Below are positions 1 through 7,433 of a stretch of DNA of 20,000 bases, in pieces. Below the pieces are notes generated by a model. That model ran no database searches and was not told the origin of the DNA. It saw only the letters and a list, made by a program, of their open reading frames with translations. This DNA is from an uncultured virus (IMG/VR IMGVR_UViG_3300033148_004664). Its lineage: Duplodnaviria > Heunggongvirae > Uroviricota > Caudoviricetes. The position numbers and the translations under genes are program-made. The DNA is taken from IMG/VR virus record IMGVR_UViG_3300033148_004664. One strand, 5' to 3'. Within the stretch, counting starts at the first letter, position 1. Each line of letters begins with the position of its first letter.

Positions 1-14
1 AGGAGGTTATTTTC

Positions 15-317
15 ATGATTAATCAGTTTATTGGCTTAATTGTTGTTGCTATTTTAGTTGAGGCGATAACTTCTATACTTTACAGTATCAAACCGATAAA
101 GATATTGGATCGGTTTATTCCTTGGTTGCCTTTACAGGTTGTGATTGCTATTTGTTTGGGGATAGCAATTTGTTTCAAGGTTGGGATTGACGTTTTACGA
201 GTCGCATTTCAGGTTGATAGTTCGACATTCGGGTATGTCGTTACGGGAATTCTTGTGTCGAGAGGTTCCAATTATTTACATGATATAGTTGAAAAGATTC
301 AAGGTGCAGGAAAATGA
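15..317 (+). CDS. Putative holin (about 3 hydrophobic segments)
   Basis: AGGAGG at 1-6; 100 aa, mostly hydrophobic; C-terminal GxxxTGILVSRGSNYLHD motif that I recognise from small phage holin-like proteins; two genes upstream of the endolysin. Confidence 0.72.
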   Translation: MINQFIGLIVVAILVEAITSILYSIKPIKILDRFIPWLPLQVVIAICLGIAICFKVGIDVLRVAFQVDSSTFGYVVTGILVSRGSNYLHDIVEKIQGAGK

Positions 318-697
318 TGGTGATAAAGACTATGGAAAACTGGGCATTAGTAGTATTCGGTGGTTTAATGTCGCTCGCGGCTGCAATATTGAAAGCACCC
401 GCGTTGTTTAGACGTAATGGTAATGGAAACAGTAAAAAGACTTTTACTATTGATGATTGCAGGCAACAGCAACAAGTAGTAAAAGAATTGTTTCAATCCG
501 AGATGAGAATTTTATCAGAGCATATCAATATGATTGATGAACGGAGACTTTCTGCTGTGAATTTATTAGAGACTCATGTAGATCATATTCGAGAACGGGT
601 TGACTCTTTAGATAAAAAAGTAGAACACCTGCAATCTCAATCACAATCGATAGAATCACGAACACTTGAAATTTTGAATCATTTAAAGAGTCGGTAA
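314..697 (+). CDS. Single-TM + coiled-coil lysis-cassette protein (holin/antiholin or XhlA-like); alternative start at 332
   Basis: ATGA overlap with the previous gene; N-terminal TM WALVVFGGLMSLAAAIL; heptad-rich C-terminus (VDHIRERVDSLDKKVEHLQSQ); lies between holin and amidase. Confidence 0.6.
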   Translation: MMVIKTMENWALVVFGGLMSLAAAILKAPALFRRNGNGNSKKTFTIDDCRQQQQVVKELFQSEMRILSEHINMIDERRLSAVNLLETHVDHIRERVDSLDKKVEHLQSQSQSIESRTLEILNHLKSR

Positions 698-699
698 AA

Positions 700-1320
700 A
701 TGAAAGTCGAACATTACACGAGTCCTAATCACGATTCCCGTAAAGGGAAGCAACCGTTTATCTTTGTTGTGCATTATACTGGTTCATTGAATGTAGCGGG
801 AACATTGGACTGGTTTTCAAGATCGGAATCTAAGGTTTCTGCACACGAAGTAATAGATTTCGACGGTACAAGATATTTGGTTGTACCTAAATCAGAACGT
901 GCATGGCATGCGGGTAGATCAATTTTCTACGGGAAAGACTATCCTGAAGGATTAAAAAATATTAATGCATATTCGTTTGGTTTTGAACTTGTCGGTAATT
1001 ACGGCACGGAATTTACAACCGAACAATATGCGTCGTTATCAAAAGCTATTATAGATATTTTAGGGGATAATAATTTTCCTGAAGCTACTGTTGACCAATT
1101 ATGGGGATGTATAGTGGGGCATGAACATATTGCACCGAGACGGAAAATAGACCCCGGGCCTACTTTTGATTGGGGAAAACTATTCGAATACATTAAAAAT
1201 GATGTCAGAATGATTTTGGGTAAAAAAGTAATATTGCCCGGGATATGTATTCCTCCTATTATTTGGTATTTACGAAAACAGTACAACAAAGATCGTCGTT
1301 TGGGAATAAGGTGTTTATAG
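700..1320 (+). CDS. Endolysin, N-acetylmuramoyl-L-alanine amidase (Amidase_2, AmpD/AmiD-like)
   Basis: Motifs VVHYTG, VSAH, RAWHAGxS, NxxSxGFELVG, FTxEQYxSL and IVGHEHIAPxRKxDPGPxFDW; Zn ligands H/H/D and catalytic E present. Confidence 0.93.
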   Translation: MKVEHYTSPNHDSRKGKQPFIFVVHYTGSLNVAGTLDWFSRSESKVSAHEVIDFDGTRYLVVPKSERAWHAGRSIFYGKDYPEGLKNINAYSFGFELVGNYGTEFTTEQYASLSKAIIDILGDNNFPEATVDQLWGCIVGHEHIAPRRKIDPGPTFDWGKLFEYIKNDVRMILGKKVILPGICIPPIIWYLRKQYNKDRRLGIRCL

Positions 1321-1728
1321 ATGAATTACTTTAATTTTGAAAATCCAGATGATATAGTTTCGGAGTACAGTAACAACCAGGAATGGTTCGTTGGTAGATG
1401 TATTGAATCTTTCGATATTGAAGGTGTTGTCTGTCAATTCGAATCTTTTATTAATGAAGAGGAAGAAACGGATGAAGTTATTGTGGATGTAATCGGTTCG
1501 ATTGAAGATGCATTACGTTTAATTGGCTATAGTGATGATGATATTGATGATGATCTCTATACTTACACGATGGTTGATTTCTTCGAGGAATGTGCGTGGG
1601 ATTACTACAGAATTGTATCGGATGAATTAAATAAGTTGTTACAGGAAGATTTTGATATTACGAATGTTTATTTTGAATTCGGTTGGAACGAAGACGAATG
1701 GGTGTTATACTTAAAAAGATATAATTGA
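1321..1728 (+). CDS. Highly acidic hypothetical protein (DNA-mimic candidate)
   Basis: AAGGTG SD 7 nt before the ATG; about 37 D/E versus 6 K/R in 135 aa (hand count). Confidence 0.75.
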   Translation: MNYFNFENPDDIVSEYSNNQEWFVGRCIESFDIEGVVCQFESFINEEEETDEVIVDVIGSIEDALRLIGYSDDDIDDDLYTYTMVDFFEECAWDYYRIVSDELNKLLQEDFDITNVYFEFGWNEDEWVLYLKRYN

Positions 1729-1740
1729 GGTGTTATATAA

Positions 1741-2280
1741 ATGGCTTACACATCGGCGGAACAAGAATTAATAGACAGAGTCAGACAACAGATGAGTATG
1801 CAATATTCATCCTTATCTTCTTCTGACTATATACAAGCACAGAAATTTACGGATGAAGAAATTTATTGGTTTTTACAGAGTGCTCTCGGGGATTTTAATT
1901 TATGGGCTCCCCGTCCTTCCAATTATACTATAGATACTTTAATATCGGAAAATTCCGGGTATAGTCAAGTATTGATTATGGGAGCTTGTATCTATGGATT
2001 GATTGCATTGGAATTTTACGAGGCCGGGATGCACTTTAATGTAAGTGATGATGGACATTCCATTACAAGAGACAGACAGCCTAAATACGCCAACATTTTA
2101 TCACAGTTATGGCAAGTTTACGCCGATATGTTAGGTAGAACAAAATTAATGTGGGCGATGTCGAATATGAGAATTCATGCGTTATTTACTCCCCTTGCTT
2201 CCGTTCCTTATGCCTCTTATAAAGGCACAAGGACTGTTCATGGAGGATTATGGGGGTATGGAAGAAGAAACATGCGTTAA
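1741..2280 (+). CDS. Putative head-tail adaptor/connector (neck 1)
   Basis: GAGGTG SD; helical pattern LIDRVR...FTDEEIYWFLQSALGDFN typical of adaptor proteins; VSDDGHSITRD hairpin; upstream of neck and tail genes. Confidence 0.6.
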   Translation: MAYTSAEQELIDRVRQQMSMQYSSLSSSDYIQAQKFTDEEIYWFLQSALGDFNLWAPRPSNYTIDTLISENSGYSQVLIMGACIYGLIALEFYEAGMHFNVSDDGHSITRDRQPKYANILSQLWQVYADMLGRTKLMWAMSNMRIHALFTPLASVPYASYKGTRTVHGGLWGYGRRNMR

Positions 2281-2300
2281 ATAGAAAGGAGTATAAAAGA

Positions 2301-2939
2301 ATGCCTGTACACACGGGAAAAGATTCAAAGGGATGTTATGCTCGTTGGGGCGAACATGGTAAGAAGTATTATTACAAATGTAAAGATAAAGAGAGTAGAG
2401 AACGAGCAGAAAATAGAGCACTACAGCAAGGACGAGCTATAAAGAGTCAAGGAACTACAACTTTATCTTTGAAACGTAGAGCACAGATGCCGGGCGGTGA
2501 GTTCTTAGGCGGATTACCTCAAGATCCTGCGGCGGTGGAAAAGGAAATAATGAGTTATTTATATTACAAGAAAGATGTACCGCCGGCGACTATAAAAAAC
2601 ATGATAGATACTTGGAGAGAGCGGGGTATTATGCCAAGCTCGTTTAATCCCGCTGTTATTGATAATTTGACGGAAAAATATTTCGACGAAAAATTTTCAC
2701 AGGAGAATTTAGAGCGTGATCTTGAGAGTATTGATTTGTTGGATTCTTACAAGAGTGAAGAAATAAGAGACCGTATGGATACTTTACTTGAGGAATATCG
2801 TGCTACAACGGATCCCGTAAGGAAAAGAGAATTGGAACAAGAATTGACGAGAATGCGACGGTTATTAATTCACGGAAAAAGACGAACGACAAGGAAAAAA
2901 CGCGGACGATTTGACCCGTTCAAACCTTTCGTCAAGTAA
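2301..2939 (+). CDS. Hypothetical charged protein (basic N-domain, acidic helical middle, basic tail); start revised from 2250 to 2301
   Basis: AAGGAG at 2286-2291 precedes ATG 2301; this start avoids a 31-nt overlap with the upstream gene. Confidence 0.7.
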   Translation: MPVHTGKDSKGCYARWGEHGKKYYYKCKDKESRERAENRALQQGRAIKSQGTTTLSLKRRAQMPGGEFLGGLPQDPAAVEKEIMSYLYYKKDVPPATIKNMIDTWRERGIMPSSFNPAVIDNLTEKYFDEKFSQENLERDLESIDLLDSYKSEEIRDRMDTLLEEYRATTDPVRKRELEQELTRMRRLLIHGKRRTTRKKRGRFDPFKPFVK

Positions 2940-2963
2940 TATTTTCATGTAAAGGGGGGTATC

Positions 2964-3689
2964 ATGATTAATAAAATAATATCTATTATCATTATTGGTT
3001 TAATTATTGTAGCTGTAGCGTTAAATATACAGTTACGAAAACAACAAGAAAAATATAATGATCTTGTTGTAGAATTGGAATCGGAACGAAACAAAAAACC
3101 GAAGGAGATAGTTATACACGATACCAAGGTAGAATATGTATATAAAGATGGGAAAACTGTTGTAGTGGAGCGTGTACCGGAAGGTTATGTAAAATTTGAT
3201 TTGGAAAAATACGAGAAGGCGATACAAGAACGAGAACAAGTACAAGCAAAAATAGACAGTCTCTCGCAGGAAAAAACAACGACAATTACGGCCATGCATA
3301 GATTACTACAACAGAAACAGTATGATAAAGCGTTATTGAATGAATATGAAACCAGAATAAAACTATTAAATAATGATATAAGATCGTTAAAAAGAAAAAT
3401 TAACATTCCTTCTAATGTTGTATCAATACAAAAACGCGGTTGGATTTTCCGAGTTCAAACCGGCATAGGATGGAATGGTTCATTAGACGGGTATGTAGGA
3501 GTAAAATATGCGTTTTGGAATAAGTATGGTCTTACAGTAGGTACGACTTCCAAACAGATCGGACTTGGCATTACTCGAAAAATTGATTTCCTTCCAAGTA
3601 TAAAGAATGTAGATTTATTATTAATGGGTGGCAAAAGTTATAAAGACTCTTACGGAACGGTATTTGTTGGGTTGGTTACAACACTTTAA
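2964..3689 (+). CDS. Spanin-like protein: N-terminal TM anchor, long coiled coil, C-terminal amphipathic beta-strands
   Basis: AAGGGGGT SD; IISIIIIGLIIVAVAL TM; coiled coil at about aa 80-147; alternating Gly/aromatic strands (WIFRVQTGIGW, GYVGVKYAF, YGLTVG, IGLGITRK, VFVGLVTTL). Confidence 0.55.
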   Translation: MINKIISIIIIGLIIVAVALNIQLRKQQEKYNDLVVELESERNKKPKEIVIHDTKVEYVYKDGKTVVVERVPEGYVKFDLEKYEKAIQEREQVQAKIDSLSQEKTTTITAMHRLLQQKQYDKALLNEYETRIKLLNNDIRSLKRKINIPSNVVSIQKRGWIFRVQTGIGWNGSLDGYVGVKYAFWNKYGLTVGTTSKQIGLGITRKIDFLPSIKNVDLLLMGGKSYKDSYGTVFVGLVTTL

Positions 3690-3703
3690 AAAGGATTATT
3701 CCA

Positions 3704-3928
3704 ATGACATTATTTTCTACAAGTATTATACTGCACTTGGAAGGGTTTCTGCGGATATATCATTCTGGAGGAAACCTGACTCCAGATGATATTACGTTTT
3801 TGGAACATTTAGGTATATTCTTTGCAAAAACTTGCGGGATTGATGAATCAATGATCGCACATGCAATTCTATTATTGAGTCGAATGAATGAGGGAGAGAA
3901 CTCAAATGAAGCGTTGGTTCTTAATTAG
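3704..3928 (+). CDS. Hypothetical protein (74 aa)
   Basis: AAGGA SD upstream; fills the operon gap in the same orientation; no recognisable motif. Confidence 0.55.
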   Translation: MTLFSTSIILHLEGFLRIYHSGGNLTPDDITFLEHLGIFFAKTCGIDESMIAHAILLLSRMNEGENSNEALVLN

Positions 3929-4019
3929 TATGGGAATCGGGATATTTTTAATGATTGCAGTATGGATAAGGAATAAATTAATTAATGACATAGCAGATGA
4001 TTTGATTTTATTTATTTAA
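3906..4019 (+). CDS. Small membrane peptide, 37 aa (MKRWFLISMGIGIFLMIAVWIRNKLINDIADDLILFI); not in the ORF track
   Basis: AGGGAG at 3891-3896, ATG 3906, TAA 4017-4019; basic N-terminus followed by a 17-residue hydrophobic stretch. Confidence 0.55.
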   Translation: MKRWFLISMGIGIFLMIAVWIRNKLINDIADDLILFI

Positions 4020-4855
4020 GCGAATAAGTCGAGTTGATCTATCTGTTGTTTCATTCTATGTTCTGCTATTTTTATGTATTCGTATTCTATTTCATATCCA
4101 ATAAAATGACGATGAAGTTTAGACGCTACTAAACATGTTGTACCGCTTCCCGCAAAAGGATCCAATACAATATCATCTTTGAAAGTGTAAAGTTGTATCA
4201 ACCTAAACGGCAGTTCTTCCGGAAATGGGGCAGGATGCCCGATTTTCCGTGCAGAAACCGTAGGAAATGTCCAAATACTCTTTGTCCATTCTAAAAAATC
4301 TTCTTTCAGAATAGTGCTCTGTTTTCCTTCAGAAGAACGTTCAAATGAACCTTTAGAAAAAACAAGTATGTATTCATGTACATCCCGCAATACAGGATTA
4401 GAAGCGGATAACCAGCTTCCCCATGCAGTGGAGGAACCGACACTTGAACCTTTATTCCAAATTATTTCCCCTCTCATGGAAAATCCTATATTCAACATAT
4501 CTTCTATAACATATCTATGTAGAGGAATATATGGTTTTCTACCTATATTTGCGATATTGATACAAATACGCCCTCCATTCGTTAAAACTCTGTAACATTC
4601 TTTCCATGCATTTCGCAGAAATTGTCTATATTCAACGAGCGTCATGTTTTTATCATAATCTTTCATAACATTATAAGGAGGCGATGTGACAACAAGATGA
4701 ATACTATTATTAGGTAATTCTTCCATGTTTTCACACGATTTACAGAAAATGCGATCCAGATATTCAGATGGAACTTGATTTTCTGATTCAGAAACATCGA
4801 TTTCAGTCATTACGCCGTTATACATATTACTTTCATAAATGCTCTTGTTTTTCAT
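4016..4855 (-). CDS. Orphan beta-class N4-cytosine/N6-adenine DNA methyltransferase (N6_N4_Mtase); start revised from 4921 to 4855 (279 aa)
   Basis: Motif IV VVTSPPY precedes motif I VLDPFAGSGTT; HPAPFPEEL and FIGYEI present; AAGGAGG SD (minus strand, 4864-4870) 8 nt before ATG 4855. Confidence 0.95.
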   Translation of the reverse strand: MKNKSIYESNMYNGVMTEIDVSESENQVPSEYLDRIFCKSCENMEELPNNSIHLVVTSPPYNVMKDYDKNMTLVEYRQFLRNAWKECYRVLTNGGRICINIANIGRKPYIPLHRYVIEDMLNIGFSMRGEIIWNKGSSVGSSTAWGSWLSASNPVLRDVHEYILVFSKGSFERSSEGKQSTILKEDFLEWTKSIWTFPTVSARKIGHPAPFPEELPFRLIQLYTFKDDIVLDPFAGSGTTCLVASKLHRHFIGYEIEYEYIKIAEHRMKQQIDQLDLFA

Positions 4856-4897
4856 CTCATATTCCTCCTTTCTTTTTAATATACGCAATTTTTTAAC

Positions 4898-4919
4898 GAT
4901 AAAAAATATATTTTTTATC
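4898..4919. promoter_or_regulatory. Perfect 22-bp palindrome GATAAAAAATATATTTTTTATC in the divergent intergenic region (possible operator or hairpin)
   Basis: Exact self-reverse-complement; lies in the only sizeable non-coding gap (4856-5010), between divergently transcribed genes; function inferred. Confidence 0.5.
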
Positions 4920-5010
4920 AAAATGTATTGTAGTTTATTATTTTATATTGTAATTTGTAAACGAGATGTTGTAATTCTTTTAGAACATTTCTTTATATGG
5001 GGTGTATGCG

Positions 5011-5829
5011 TTGGAGAATCTTTATTTAATAAATGACCAAATACTTGATTACATAAAAGAGAATAACGAAATAATATTACGTAACTTCGGCGATTCTTGT
5101 TTTTTATTGCAACGTAAATGGTCTGGATCTACTATCGGGCCTATAGAAATTGATACGTATGACGATAGTTCGCATACTGTTTTCACATTATGGGAAGGTG
5201 GACAAAATCCGCCGAATTCCGACCATCCTGATGTGCGTATTCATATCAATGATGGTTCCGGTGCAATAACAGTAGAAAAAGACGGTTCTGTTCTTACACG
5301 TGTTTATGACGAGGACAGTTTGAGTTCTTCCGATGAATTTGCAGTTGCAACAACAGCGGACGGTACGGTAAAAGTGTATTTATATGAATCGGGTACGACG
5401 GTTCGCGTTACTTATTCAACTATTTGTTATTGTGTCGATCCCGAACGATCGCAACCTGTATCTGATTGTTCCGTCTGTTACGGCACAGGTTTTGAAGGAG
5501 GTTTTGATGTATATCAAGGGAGTGGATCCTACTATAATCAATCCGGTACAATTCTCGTGCGGATTCCGCCTCACTTCTCAGACCAACGAAGAGAAAATGT
5601 ACGAGGATTTGTTGAGGAAGAAGAAGGAGAAGCGTGGACGCTCGGAACGCCGGAAATAAAGGACTACGATGTCATTGTTCCCGTTACTGGAGATCACGTA
5701 GGACGACGATACGAAATTGTGAATCCGAAAAGATCACATTTGAGAAATGAGGTTTTGAGTCAACGATTCGCTGTAAGATATATAGAACCTACTCATATCG
5801 TATATTCTTTCCCTACGGGAAGTGTTTAA
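5011..5829 (+). CDS. Putative head-closure/neck protein with CxC...CxxCxGxG Zn motif and an inserted beta domain; likely TTG start at 5011 (track gives GTG 5002)
   Basis: GGGGTG SD at 4999-5004; LQRKWSG...CYC...DCSVCYGTGFEGGF...AWT...PxIKDYDVIV...RYEI...SQRF pattern resembles neck proteins of large myoviruses. Confidence 0.62.
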   Translation: MENLYLINDQILDYIKENNEIILRNFGDSCFLLQRKWSGSTIGPIEIDTYDDSSHTVFTLWEGGQNPPNSDHPDVRIHINDGSGAITVEKDGSVLTRVYDEDSLSSSDEFAVATTADGTVKVYLYESGTTVRVTYSTICYCVDPERSQPVSDCSVCYGTGFEGGFDVYQGSGSYYNQSGTILVRIPPHFSDQRRENVRGFVEEEEGEAWTLGTPEIKDYDVIVPVTGDHVGRRYEIVNPKRSHLRNEVLSQRFAVRYIEPTHIVYSFPTGSV

Positions 5830-5830
5830 C

Positions 5831-6367
5831 ATGAGAATATCACTTGGATTAATAGATGTCATCTGGGATGATTTTGAAGGATTATTACGATTAACAAATT
5901 TGGAAGAACAGAAAAAACAAGCCAATAATATAAATAAATTAATAGGGGAAGAAGTTTCGGTGTTATTAGATACCGTTGTACAAGGAAGAAATTATAAAGC
6001 TGCATATCATGACATAGATGAATCCGAAACGAGTGTTATTATTGTAAAAGCTCCTGTAGATACTACAAGGCCTTGGTGGTTTAAGAGAACAACACAGGAT
6101 ACATCTACATGGGTTTTATTAGGTGAACTTACTGGGGATGAGCGTTTACAAATAGGAAAAGAATTGACTTTGAAATTTCCGAATAAAATGGTTCCGGTAG
6201 GTATAATAGCAGAAAAAGCATGGTGGTTACGACAACAACGTAATTTAATTCAAGCATACGCTATGACGGGTATGCAGAAAGATGAATTACAAAAAGCCAT
6301 TAATAATATCGTAACGGATAAATATAGTACGTTAGTTACACGATTAATGTATAATGAGGTATTATAA
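5831..6367 (+). CDS. Hypothetical protein in the neck/tail-completion block (ATG 5831 preferred over GTG 5822)
   Basis: Starts 2 nt after the upstream stop; TAATG overlap with the downstream gene; no motif recognised. Confidence 0.7.
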   Translation: MRISLGLIDVIWDDFEGLLRLTNLEEQKKQANNINKLIGEEVSVLLDTVVQGRNYKAAYHDIDESETSVIIVKAPVDTTRPWWFKRTTQDTSTWVLLGELTGDERLQIGKELTLKFPNKMVPVGIIAEKAWWLRQQRNLIQAYAMTGMQKDELQKAINNIVTDKYSTLVTRLMYNEVL

Positions 6368-7410
6368 TGTGGATTACTTGTGCTGATATGGTAAAAAGAG
6401 AATTCGTTCGATTCTATAATAAGTTATTCCATACGCCTCAATTATATTTGAATACTACTGATGACGAGAATTTAGATTCACAAATAGATTTGACTAAACA
6501 TCATATACGCGCCGTCGAGAATTTTAATTATGAGGGTGAAGAGTATCCTGTTATAGTTGTAGGTGTGAACGGAGGTGAGTTATTAATACGAGATTTCGGG
6601 GATGAAATCGGAACTCATTCGCATATTGAAACTTTAGGTACAGATTCTCTTGGGTATGAAATAATAGGAAATAACGGAAGCGGTAGTATATCTGAAGTAG
6701 CTGTAAAATTTCAGCCTTCTATAAGTTTTGAGTTGGAAGAAATCAAAACATTGATGAGTAATGCAACAGGATATGCGCAAGGAGACATAACGGTTTATTT
6801 ATACGAAGGAGGGGATGAGCCGGAAGAAGGTACATTAATGGCAAGTGGTGTGTTGGATGGCTTTTCCGATCAATCTCAACACTATACATATTTTGGGTTT
6901 TCGGATAAGCAAAGTTTGGACAAGGACAATACTTATTGGTTACGATATACGACAGATTCATATAGTCGATATAATATTTTTATTGATACGGATGATTCCG
7001 TTTCCGATATGTCCGTTGCCGTGAAAGATGATGCTTCATCCGACTGGTCTGTAGAAACAGGCAAAGCAGTTGTCGGAACATTACGAGGAAACAGTGCAAT
7101 TGTATTCGGCGGTGATGTACGTATTCCCGTAACTGTGCAGATAGCGGGGAAAGACGCAAAAACTGTAGATGCAATTTTTGATATTAGTTTACTCTACACC
7201 GAATTGGCAAAGAAGACAGCGTATGGAGATTTTTATAAACAACGAATACGAATAGACAAAATTAGTTTCGGAGGCGATACCGCTCCGCAACAATTTCGGA
7301 ATCAGCTTATATTCATAAGATCCATGACTGTAAATGTCATTGCAGCTTGGACATTCGATGTGAGTGCGGAGTTACTGCGTGAATTTGGATATGATATAAG
7401 CGTTTATTAA
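6367..7410 (+). CDS. Putative tail terminator/completion protein with an inserted jelly-roll-like domain
   Basis: Immediately upstream of the sheath; F.YxxxxYPVIVV N-half and VTVQIAGKDxxTVDAIFD...IFIRSMTVNV C-half fit a tail-terminator fold; GAGGT SD. Confidence 0.6.
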   Translation: MWITCADMVKREFVRFYNKLFHTPQLYLNTTDDENLDSQIDLTKHHIRAVENFNYEGEEYPVIVVGVNGGELLIRDFGDEIGTHSHIETLGTDSLGYEIIGNNGSGSISEVAVKFQPSISFELEEIKTLMSNATGYAQGDITVYLYEGGDEPEEGTLMASGVLDGFSDQSQHYTYFGFSDKQSLDKDNTYWLRYTTDSYSRYNIFIDTDDSVSDMSVAVKDDASSDWSVETGKAVVGTLRGNSAIVFGGDVRIPVTVQIAGKDAKTVDAIFDISLLYTELAKKTAYGDFYKQRIRIDKISFGGDTAPQQFRNQLIFIRSMTVNVIAAWTFDVSAELLREFGYDISVY

Positions 7411-7433
7411 GTAGATATATAGGAGGGATAATC

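Noticed and set aside
1318..1323. In-frame TAG-ATG junction suggesting amber readthrough or recoding (amidase-acidic protein fusion)
   Set aside because: The downstream gene has its own SD, and all long structural genes are intact in code 11 with no internal TAG, so there is no sign of stop-codon reassignment.
4016..4855. Assigning CTAG or any other target to the MTase, or calling a full RM system
   Set aside because: Specificity cannot be read from the motifs, no endonuclease gene is adjacent, and CTAG seems absent from the DNA it would protect.
4839..5036. 65-aa hydrophobic + strand ORF across the divergent intergenic region
   Set aside because: F/I/L richness reflects AT-rich DNA; it has no SD and overlaps the starts of both flanking genes.
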